Part shown: positions 56,485-64,000 of the stretch, in pieces
Position numbering within the stretch: the stretch's first letter is position 1
How the letters are laid out: each line of letters opens with the position of its first letter
From: Patescibacteria group bacterium
GTDB taxonomy: Bacteria; Patescibacteriota; Minisyncoccia; Phycocordibacterales; SIBU01
Length of the DNA: 64,000 nt
Reading direction: 5' to 3'
Assembly: GCA_040390045.1 (NCBI GenBank)
Contig: JAZJZC010000004.1
Location: 67,157-131,156, forward strand
Position numbers and translations under genes: made by a program
The notes under the pieces: generated by a model
The model's input: only the letters and a program-made list of their open reading frames with translations
Database searches by the model: none
Told to the model about the DNA's origin: nothing

Positions 56485-57273
56485 ATGGCGAAACTCAATC
56501 AAAAAACCTCTTTCGGCCTCATTGCAAAAGAATATCAAAAATATCGACGCTCCTACGACCCGAAATTATACAAATTGCTGTTCTCATTTCTACCATCTAA
56601 AAAATCAAATGAAAGTTTGAATATTTTAGATATTGGCTGTGGCACGGGGAAATCAACTGAACCGATCGTGAAGCTAGCAGGGAAACGAAAAGTTTCGGTT
56701 ACAGGAGTTGATCCTGACCCAAGAATGCTTCGAGAGGCACGTCTTTCGGCACGTAAGCAAAAATTATCGATTGTCTATGTCAAAGGATCTGCAGAGAAGC
56801 TTCCTTTTCAAAAAGAGGAATTTGACGGAGTAATTTCCGGCACTGCTTTTCATTGGTATGGAAATAAAAAAACAGTATCCAAAATCAAAAGTGCCGTAAA
56901 AGAGGGCGGCGTATTTTTTGTTTTTTGGACCCAGTACGTAAAATCAAACAAAAAGGCTGTCGGCCACAATCTATATCACAAGTACAACTGGCGAGGCATA
57001 GGTAAAAAATTTAGGGGTCAGGAGTCTCTAGGCAAACTTCTGTCGCAATCAGGTTTTAAAAAAGTTAAGTTTGCTAAAATATTATTTAGCGAAAAAAGAA
57101 CTGTTTCCCACATAATCAACAATTTGAAAACCAACTCCTCGTACCTGCTCATGTCACCAAAAAACAAGAATGATTTCATTCGGGAATTAACCGCTGCCTA
57201 CAAAAAAACTCTGGGAAATAAAAAATATTTTACGGAAAAACTAGAACTACTCGTTTGCTATGGATTTAAATAA
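56485..57273 (+). CDS. class I SAM-dependent methyltransferase
   Basis: LDIGCGTGKST motif I. Confidence 0.7.
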   Translation: MAKLNQKTSFGLIAKEYQKYRRSYDPKLYKLLFSFLPSKKSNESLNILDIGCGTGKSTEPIVKLAGKRKVSVTGVDPDPRMLREARLSARKQKLSIVYVKGSAEKLPFQKEEFDGVISGTAFHWYGNKKTVSKIKSAVKEGGVFFVFWTQYVKSNKKAVGHNLYHKYNWRGIGKKFRGQESLGKLLSQSGFKKVKFAKILFSEKRTVSHIINNLKTNSSYLLMSPKNKNDFIRELTAAYKKTLGNKKYFTEKLELLVCYGFK

Positions 57274-58156
57274 AAGTTATTCTCTTTCCATGAAAACAAT
57301 TGCCTCACAAATTAAAAATTTCATTCTGCACCTTCGTCTACACTATCAAATTTTTATTCTCAGCGGACCATATTTGCTTGGAGTCCTGCTATCGAACCAG
57401 CTGTCTTATCTGCAACTTGTGCAGTTTTTTTCAGTTCACATTTTACTTTTTGGTGGTGTAACAGCATACAACTCCTACTTCGATAAGGATGAGGGCCCGA
57501 TCGGTGGTCTTAAGAATCCGCCTAAAATGCAAAAATGGATGCTCGTTGCTTCTTGGATATTCCAAATCTTCGGTCTACTAATCGCGTTCTATAGCGGATT
57601 TTATTTTAAAATTATTTATATTATTTGCGCCCTGAGCTTTTGGATGTACAGCTCGCCGAGAGTAAGACTTAAAGGCCAACCAATTGCGAGCTTGGTTGCC
57701 ATTGGGGTTAGTGCTGCGGTTTGCGCCACGCTGCTCGGCTACTACGCAAACGGAAACACAGAGGCACCTTCACTTATTGTTTGGATAGCCGCACTTGGTT
57801 CAATTTTTCTTATCACAAGTATGTATCCAGTATCGCAGGTGTATCAAGTTGAGGAAGATAGATTGCGCGGAGATGTTACATTTGCAGTACGATATGGAAA
57901 ATCTGGCGTAAAAAATTTATTTTTTTCTTTATTTCCAATTGGAACTTTACTTGTAGCTTTTGCGTTAGCGTCAATAAACATTTTGTACTCCACACTTTTC
58001 ATTATTGGTGGCATTGTTGCAGGAATTATGGTGTCTCTTGTCATTAAGAAAATGACTATGACACCGAGTGACTACACGATGGTCATGAGAGTTAAATATG
58101 TTGGCGGACTATTATTTTCTCTTTGCATGTTACTTCTTATTTTTTTGAATTTCTAG
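57260..58156 (+). CDS. UbiA-family prenyltransferase
   Basis: Multi-pass TM protein with YNSYFDKDEG (Asp-rich motif). Confidence 0.65.
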   Translation: MDLNKSYSLSMKTIASQIKNFILHLRLHYQIFILSGPYLLGVLLSNQLSYLQLVQFFSVHILLFGGVTAYNSYFDKDEGPIGGLKNPPKMQKWMLVASWIFQIFGLLIAFYSGFYFKIIYIICALSFWMYSSPRVRLKGQPIASLVAIGVSAAVCATLLGYYANGNTEAPSLIVWIAALGSIFLITSMYPVSQVYQVEEDRLRGDVTFAVRYGKSGVKNLFFSLFPIGTLLVAFALASINILYSTLFIIGGIVAGIMVSLVIKKMTMTPSDYTMVMRVKYVGGLLFSLCMLLLIFLNF

Positions 58157-58188
58157 ATACTATTTTCTAAATACTATATACTATTCTG

Positions 58189-58797
58189 ATGCTCCCTTAT
58201 CTCTCCTTTCCTCATTGGCTCGTCGTCATCAGTGTGCTCATAAGTTTATTCAGAGCGAGCATCTACGTTAGAGATACGTTGACCGGAAAGACAAAACCAA
58301 ATCGCATCTCTCATGCCATGTGGGCCTTAGCGCCAGCCGTCGGAGTTATTTCTGCACTTTCTGCACATGCTGACATCTGGACAACAAGTAGAATTTTCAT
58401 GGCTGGCTTTGGTCCGTTTGTAATTTTACTTGCATCATTTTTTAACAGACAAAGCTACTGGAAATTAACGCCGTTTGATTTTCTGTGTGGGCTTTTTTCT
58501 GCGTTTGGATTAGTCGCCTTACTGTTCGCAAAATCTCCGGAACTTGCGATTTTATTCGCTGTGATAGGGGATTGTTTTGCCGCGATCCCAACAATTATAA
58601 AATCCTGGAAATATCCAGGAACTGAAACAGGGCTAAGTTACATTGCCGGCTTGATAGCCGCACTTCTAATTGTGCCTTCAATTCCAAAATGGGACATCAC
58701 AAATTCAGCATTCCAAATCTATCTCATTGTTGTTGAAATAATTTTTATTTCGGCCATTTATCGAAAACAAATTTCTCGCTGGTTTTCCACTAACTAA
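58189..58797 (+). CDS. integral membrane hypothetical protein
   Basis: About 6 hydrophobic helices. Confidence 0.5.
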   Translation: MLPYLSFPHWLVVISVLISLFRASIYVRDTLTGKTKPNRISHAMWALAPAVGVISALSAHADIWTTSRIFMAGFGPFVILLASFFNRQSYWKLTPFDFLCGLFSAFGLVALLFAKSPELAILFAVIGDCFAAIPTIIKSWKYPGTETGLSYIAGLIAALLIVPSIPKWDITNSAFQIYLIVVEIIFISAIYRKQISRWFSTN

Positions 58798-58801
58798 TCC
58801 T

Positions 58802-59182
58802 ATGTTTAAAAAACTTTTTCTTATTCTCCTCAGTTCATTTATTTTAAACGTCATCTGGGAAAATCTGCACGTAGTTTTGTATACAGACTTCGGCGGTCAA
58901 GCAATCACGGAATTCGTTCTTGTTCGCGCCTCAGCACGGGATGCAATAATTTTAACAATTCTTTCTCTACCATTTTTCTACTTCGTTTTTTTAAAAAAAC
59001 ACAAGTGGCTCATCATTCCAATCTGCGCGCTTGTAAGCATCGGACTTGAACTCCACGCAATCAAAACAGGCCGCTGGGGCTACAGCGAACTCATGCCACT
59101 CATTCCATTTGTTGGTGTTGGAATTTCTCCGGTCTTACAACTGGGACTGATTGGTTTCCTAGTTTTTTCCTTTGTTATTTAA
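58802..59182 (+). CDS. integral membrane hypothetical protein
   Basis: 4 hydrophobic helices. Confidence 0.5.
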   Translation: MFKKLFLILLSSFILNVIWENLHVVLYTDFGGQAITEFVLVRASARDAIILTILSLPFFYFVFLKKHKWLIIPICALVSIGLELHAIKTGRWGYSELMPLIPFVGVGISPVLQLGLIGFLVFSFVI

Positions 59183-59485
59183 ATAAAAAGACCGTCCGAA
59201 TTGGAAGGTCTTGGGTTTGATGTCGTATCAGCGACGAGAAACGTGAGCGTAGTTGCCCGGTGCGACCCTGATCGTAGGGGGCTTCGAATGCTTTTGCTGA
59301 GTGGGTTTTTCGTGGACGTAAGTTCCAGCACCTCCTGCGAAGCGAGGGCTCGCGGTACGCAGAATGCGGTGCGTGGTGGCGTCAACGTGGTAACGATGTC
59401 TCATGATGCAATTTGACTGACTTTGTGCGAACTGGGCTCGAGAAAATATATGAGATTTTAAACCTTAAGTCAAGTAAAAAGGTGC

Positions 59486-59526
59486 ATAACTAAAGCCCCG
59501 CGCCAAAGGCGCGGGGCTTTAGTTAT
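59486..59526. terminator. strong bidirectional terminator hairpin
   Basis: ataactaaagccccgcgcc-aaa-ggcgcggggctttagttat. Confidence 0.75.
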
Positions 59527-59543
59527 CACAAGCGGTCGAGTAT

Positions 59544-59999
59544 TTATTGAAACAGAGATTCAGCCACCACCTTCACATCTCCACCGTCAGCTTTTCCTTT
59601 GAGTTCTTTCATTAAAGTACCCACAAATTGTCCGAGTTTAGCTTTGTCAGTAATTCCCATTTCAGCTTTTTTGGCAACCGCAATTTTTTTAATTTCTTCA
59701 CGGCTCATGGTCTGAGGCAAATACTTTTCAAGAATGGCCAATTCAGCTTTTTCTGATTCCGCTAAATCCGCGCGGCCGCCGTTGGTAAACTGCTCAATTG
59801 AATCTTTTCGTTGCTTAACCGCGCGCTTGATCACAGCGAGTGCATCTTCATCTGAAAGTTCGTCAGTTGGCTTTTTTCCTTTGGCGACAGACTCGTTTAA
59901 AAATGCGGCAACTAATCCGCGAACCACGAGCAATCGAACCTGATCCTTGGCCATCATGGCTTCCTTAATTTCTGATTTGATATTTAATTGGAGGGGCAT
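59544..59999 (-). CDS. GatB/YqeY-domain protein
   Basis: MPLQLNIKSEIKEAMMAKDQVRL..V..IKRAVKQRKDS pattern. ATG at 59997-59999. Confidence 0.75.
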   Translation of the reverse strand: MPLQLNIKSEIKEAMMAKDQVRLLVVRGLVAAFLNESVAKGKKPTDELSDEDALAVIKRAVKQRKDSIEQFTNGGRADLAESEKAELAILEKYLPQTMSREEIKKIAVAKKAEMGITDKAKLGQFVGTLMKELKGKADGGDVKVVAESLFQ

Positions 60000-60087
60000 A
60001 AAATGCAAAGTTAAAAAGTAAAAACTAAAATTACCTGACAATTGTATCAAATTCGGCATCATTTAGGAATATGGTATACTTTTTGTC

Positions 60088-61146
60088 ATGTCTGAAGGAA
60101 TTCTAATAGTGATTCTTGCGCTACTTTTAATTGGAAATGGAGTTTTGGTGTGGTTGCTTTTAAAAAGTAAGAAACAGCCTGAAAAACCAGAAAACGACAC
60201 CGGACTTAAACTTATTCTCCAGCAAGTCAACGAATTGTCTCGAACAGTGGATGCCAAGATAGGGGAGTCAGCTAGACAAATGAATGATTCGGTGCGAAAT
60301 CAATTTGGCGAATCAGCGAAACTGATCCGTGAAGTGACTCAAGGTCTCACCAAACTCGACGAAACCAATCGCCAAGTGGTTTCTTTTGCTGATCAACTCC
60401 AAAACCTGCAAGATATTTTGAAAAACCCAAAACAACGTGGCATTTTAGGCGAATACTATCTTGAAACTCTTTTAAAAAATGTTTTGCCGCCAGGACACTA
60501 TCAGATGCAATATGCTTTTGCTAACGGAGAAATTGTTGACGCCGCCGTGTTTGTGAAAGAAAAAATTATTCCAATTGATTCCAAATTCAGTCTCGAAAAC
60601 TATAATCGGTTAACTGAAGCCAAAGATCCCAGCGAAAAAGATCGTTTGGAAAAAGTGTTCATGAACGACTTAAAAATGCGCATTCAGGAAACTTCAAAAT
60701 ATATCCGGCCTAGTGAGGGCACGATGGATTTCGCCTTTATGTTTATTCCCCATGAAGCGATCTACTATGATTTGCTGGTCAACAAGGTTGGTGCCGTGAG
60801 TGATGACACTGAAAATCTGATTCAACGCGCCGCCAGTAAATACAAAGTGATTATTGTTTCGCCAACATCTTTCTTGGCCTACTTGCAAACAGTGTTACAA
60901 GGTCTCAAAGCCATGCAAATTGAAGACACTGCAAAAGACATCGTGAAGCGCGTCGACGAGCTCGGCAAGCATTTAAAAAATTACGAGGAATACCACAACA
61001 AACTCGGTAATTCGATCGGAACCGTGGTCAATCATTTCAACAACGCCAGCAAAGAATTTAAAAAGGTTGATAAAGATGTCATGCGAATCAGCGGTAGCGC
61101 CGTAGGAATTGAAATTGAACTTTTGGAAAAAATTGAGGAAGAATAA
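60088..61146 (+). CDS. rmuC: DNA recombination protein RmuC
   Basis: N-terminal TM helix, coiled coil, and RmuC C-terminal domain (MFIPHEAIYYDLL). Confidence 0.8.
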   Translation: MSEGILIVILALLLIGNGVLVWLLLKSKKQPEKPENDTGLKLILQQVNELSRTVDAKIGESARQMNDSVRNQFGESAKLIREVTQGLTKLDETNRQVVSFADQLQNLQDILKNPKQRGILGEYYLETLLKNVLPPGHYQMQYAFANGEIVDAAVFVKEKIIPIDSKFSLENYNRLTEAKDPSEKDRLEKVFMNDLKMRIQETSKYIRPSEGTMDFAFMFIPHEAIYYDLLVNKVGAVSDDTENLIQRAASKYKVIIVSPTSFLAYLQTVLQGLKAMQIEDTAKDIVKRVDELGKHLKNYEEYHNKLGNSIGTVVNHFNNASKEFKKVDKDVMRISGSAVGIEIELLEKIEEE

Positions 61147-61168
61147 AAAAACACCTGAGCTGTATTAC

Positions 61169-61477
61169 CTAGGTGTTGTTCGGCAGACCCCAATAATCAT
61201 CCGCGTGTGATTGTCTGACAAAAGGCCACTTACTCTTTGGAAGTGACCGAGCAACGGATTTCCTACTTGGAAGCGGGATAGCAGCCTTTCGCATCCTGCG
61301 TCGCAAGTCAGCAAGATTAAGACCCCTCAATTTTGTCGCTCGAGCCTCTGCTTCAGCGTTCAAATTTTTCAATTCAGTGATCTCGACTTTTGATAAGGTT
61401 TCTCCGTTGGACTGTCGTACAATAAGATCCACTCGTCGCTCATTTCGCTTCTTCCAACTTCTAAGAGTTTTTCTCAT
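61169..61477 (-). CDS. basic hypothetical protein
   Basis: 102 aa, Lys/Arg-rich, ATG at 61475-61477. Confidence 0.4.
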   Translation of the reverse strand: MRKTLRSWKKRNERRVDLIVRQSNGETLSKVEITELKNLNAEAEARATKLRGLNLADLRRRMRKAAIPLPSRKSVARSLPKSKWPFVRQSHADDYWGLPNNT

Positions 61478-61560
61478 ACATTTTCCTTTCTTCTAAACTA
61501 GATAGTACCTTACAATTCCTAAAATAAAATTGCAAATTAAAAAATAAAAAACCCGCGCGG

Positions 61561-62070
61561 TCAGGCGAGGGTGGGGCGAAGAAGTGAGGAAACGGGTGGT
61601 TGCCTAATCGGCGCTCGGAGCGTCTCTGACGCGGCGTCGATTTCGGCGACTACAGCGCCGACCAAACTCAGTGCCAAGCCTTTCATGTCATTAGAATTTG
61701 GGTCGGAGGGATCAATGGCCTGAGTAATACCGAGGATACGTAGAGCCTCAGCAACTTTTTTGGGGTCGGCAAGCACGGCGTCGAGTTCGGGATCCATAAG
61801 CGTATCGACGCCCAGTTCAAGCGGAATTACCACCATGGCCAAAAAAAGGGCGTTCATGTTCGGAGGGTGAGAATTGACACTCCGAGAGGTCGGAAGATCT
61901 ATCATTTTCCCTAGTCCACAGGAACGATCCAAGTCACTGAACGATATGTCACGCATCTTCATTACATCGACAATTCTGTCAGCCAACACGCGCCGACAGC
62001 GGGGAAGACCCTCAAAAAGGAGAGTACTACAAGGGGCATTAGGTCGGTTAAACATAAAACGAGCTTTCAA
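61561..62070 (-). CDS. GC-rich hypothetical protein (weak call)
   Basis: ORF of 169 aa, or 131 aa from MRDIS. No motif. Confidence 0.3.
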   Translation of the reverse strand: MKARFMFNRPNAPCSTLLFEGLPRCRRVLADRIVDVMKMRDISFSDLDRSCGLGKMIDLPTSRSVNSHPPNMNALFLAMVVIPLELGVDTLMDPELDAVLADPKKVAEALRILGITQAIDPSDPNSNDMKGLALSLVGAVVAEIDAASETLRAPIRQPPVSSLLRPTLA

Positions 62071-62150
62071 ATCTGTCTATAATCCTATAGTTTTTAAGAT
62101 AAAGTGCAATACCAGCCAAGGCTTGCTTTTTTAACAAAATTCTGTAATAT

Positions 62151-62477
62151 ATGCCTATTATGGAATTTGCAGTAATACAAACAGGTGGCAAGCAATACAG
62201 GGTCTCCGTTGGAGATGTTGTAAAAATTGAGAAAATTATCGGCGACCACAAAGTGGGGGACGAGGTTGTTTTTGACAAGGTTTTACTTGTTGAAAATGGC
62301 AACGACACCACGATTGGTACCCCGTACATTTCCGGCGCTTCTGTTACTGCCACCCTCGCTGAAATCGGCCGAGATGCCAAAATCAACGTCATTAAATACA
62401 AACAAAAGAGTCGCTATTTCAAGAAAAATGGTCACCGCCAGCCTCATTTTAAAGTGAAGATTGAGTCGTTGAAATAA
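62151..62477 (+). CDS. rplU: 50S ribosomal protein L21
   Basis: EFAVIQTGGKQYRVSVGDVVKIEK. Alternative ATG at 62160. Confidence 0.88.
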   Translation: MPIMEFAVIQTGGKQYRVSVGDVVKIEKIIGDHKVGDEVVFDKVLLVENGNDTTIGTPYISGASVTATLAEIGRDAKINVIKYKQKSRYFKKNGHRQPHFKVKIESLK

Positions 62478-62582
62478 AGTTTGTCCTCGTCCTATCCCCG
62501 CCACAGCTAAGGGAACACTTATCCCTCGGAAGACCTCGGCGGGGTGTTAGGCGAGGAACCGGGGCAAACTTTGTTGTAGCAG

Positions 62583-62690
62583 AGTCAGCTCCGCTGACTC
62601 ATGTAGTCGTTGCGGATTCATCCTCGCCCCACCCGCCCGAACGTACCAGAGTACTCTCGGTACGGGCGGGGAGCGGGCGAGGTATTCTCC
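62583..62690. repeat. nested GC-rich palindromes including cccgcccgaacgtacc...ggtacgggcgggg family member
   Basis: Hairpin gagtcagc-tccg-ctgactc, then cctcgccccacccgcccgaacgtaccagagtactctcggtacgggcggggagcgggcgagg. Confidence 0.6.
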
Positions 62691-62755
62691 GCAGTTACAA
62701 TAAAACAAAAGAAAATCCCCCGATTCGCTCCGCGAATCGGGGGATTTTCAGTATT

Positions 62756-63373
62756 TTATGAGCGATTTTTCAACGCATTTTTAATCGTATCCGAATCAGA
62801 ATACTCAAGCTCAGTACCAGTTGAGAGACCGCGTCCTAAGATTGAAATTTTTAAACCAAATTGGGTTACGAAAGGCGAAAGAAACTTGATCAAAAAATCG
62901 GCCGTATTTTCTCCTTCAGGATTAACACTGGTGGCAACAATAATTTCCTCAAGACCATTTTTGGCACGTTCTTCCACTTTTGCAACTAATTCCTTCAATC
63001 GGATTTTTCTTTCCGGATCTTTCTCCAGAATTGGGACGGTACCACCTAAAATAAAATAATATCCGTTGTATGAGTGACTCTTTTCGATAGTTTCAAAATC
63101 AACATCTCGAGCCACCAACATGAGCGAGCTAGTATCGCGGTTGGAATCTCGGCAAATCGAGCAAAGCGAAGTTTTAGATTTATCGATAGGGAAAAAACGG
63201 AAACAACTTGGGCAATTTCTAATTTCTTTTTTCAATTCTAAAATCAGCTGAGCAACATTTTCCAAATGCCCATTGTTTCGTGACAATAAATAATAGACAA
63301 AACGCTTGGCTTGCCTCGGGCCGATACCAGGAAACTCTCGAAATATTTCTGTGAGCTTGTGTATTGAGTCCAT
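62756..63373 (-). CDS. recR: recombination protein RecR
   Basis: HhH FPGIGPRQAKR, C4 zinc finger CPSC..C..C, Toprim domain. Confidence 0.9.
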   Translation of the reverse strand: MDSIHKLTEIFREFPGIGPRQAKRFVYYLLSRNNGHLENVAQLILELKKEIRNCPSCFRFFPIDKSKTSLCSICRDSNRDTSSLMLVARDVDFETIEKSHSYNGYYFILGGTVPILEKDPERKIRLKELVAKVEERAKNGLEEIIVATSVNPEGENTADFLIKFLSPFVTQFGLKISILGRGLSTGTELEYSDSDTIKNALKNRS

Positions 63374-63481
63374 AATATACGAAAATTTAATACGAAAATA
63401 CTAAATAATACGAAAGCTGTTGCAATATCACTGAAGTTTTTGTAAATTTTCGTATTTTCGTATCCATTTCGTATGTTCGTA
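63374..63481. repeat. iteron-like array of ATACGAAA / TTTCGTAT octamers
   Basis: Three direct copies of atacgaaa, then four copies of tttcgtat-like in the opposite orientation. Confidence 0.6.
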
Positions 63482-64000
63482 TCAGAAATCAGCTTCTGAT
63501 TTATTAAAATCACCAAATTCGCCTTTTTCCATCGAAACAAACGTGGCTTTCTTATCATCAAAATAGAGATCAACCTTTCCGGTCGGACCGTTTCGATGCT
63601 TCTCGATCATAATTTCTGCAATATTCGGCCTGTCAGAATTTTCGTTATATTTATCTTCTCGATGAATAAACATTACCACATCAGCATCCTGTTCGATCGA
63701 ACCGGAATCTCGCAAGTCAGAAAGACGAGGTTTGCCTCCGCGACTCTCGACGGCACGCGAGAGCTGTGAAAGGGCAAGCACCGGCACGTCAAGCTCTCGG
63801 GCCAAATGTTTGAGCGAGCGGGAAATCTCAGTGACTTGCTGTACCAAGTTGTCATTATGACGCGCATTCGTCGGTACCATGAGTTGCAAGTAATCAACAA
63901 TAATAAGCCCGAGGCCTTTTTCACTTTTGAGTCTACGAGCAATCGAGCGCATCTTCAAAATATTATTTCCCGGTTGATCATCAATGTAAATTGGGGCTTT
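63482..64000 (-). CDS. dnaB: replicative DNA helicase DnaB, C-terminal part (runs off window)
   Basis: [45 protein letters not shown]. Confidence 0.88.
   Translation of the reverse strand, partial: KAPIYIDDQPGNNILKMRSIARRLKSEKGLGLIIVDYLQLMVPTNARHNDNLVQQVTEISRSLKHLARELDVPVLALSQLSRAVESRGGKPRLSDLRDSGSIEQDADVVMFIHREDKYNENSDRPNIAEIMIEKHRNGPTGKVDLYFDDKKATFVSMEKGEFGDFNKSEADF

Noticed and set aside
1-64000. CRISPR arrays, rRNA genes, transposases, integrases
   Set aside because: No regularly spaced direct-repeat array, no rRNA signature blocks, and no transposase or integrase-like ORF were seen on either strand.

Overview
This window reads as a gene-dense stretch of a small bacterial chromosome, about 40-45% GC by eye, with many short membrane-anchored proteins. 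My inference, not proven, is a CPR/Patescibacteria-like organism. Most of it is housekeeping: rpoB-rpoC, dnaG-rpoD, dnaE, rnhB, smc, rnc, rnr, metK, hisS, purB/purD/purC (dispersed), dapB, trmD, recR, rmuC, the 3' part of dnaB, r-proteins L32/S16/L21, khpA, tRNA-Ala(GGC) and tRNA-Glu(CUC). No rRNA, CRISPR array, transposase or integrase was found. The accessory or unusual content, in rough order of interest:
1. A GC-rich two-gene minus-strand unit between rpoD and a UvrD-nuclease gene (42970-44869). It encodes a 470-aa protein with an N-terminal cold-shock/OB-like domain fused to an unrecognised C-terminal domain (possible HD-like His/Asp motifs). It has its own consensus promoter and a structured 5' UTR. 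A small Rx4H-containing protein with its own terminator sits just upstream.
2. An AT-rich 312-aa orphan gene immediately 3' of tRNA-Glu. Both tRNAs here are preceded by degenerate 5'-fragment copies of themselves.
3. A mazEF-type toxin-antitoxin pair inserted between rpoC and dnaG, behind a perfect 40-bp palindrome that embeds a sigma70-like promoter.
4. A NusB-NUDIX fusion protein.
5. A roughly 86-bp TAGGGT-repeat, TIR-bearing element inserted in-frame inside trmD, with related telomere-like repeats elsewhere.
6. A 27-bp palindromic element that flanks an arsR-family gene in inverted orientation and has a solo copy 17 kb away.
7. Two more intergenic palindromic repeat families, an iteron-like ATACGAAA array between recR and dnaB, and candidate cis-regulatory leaders upstream of metK and a TerC-family gene.
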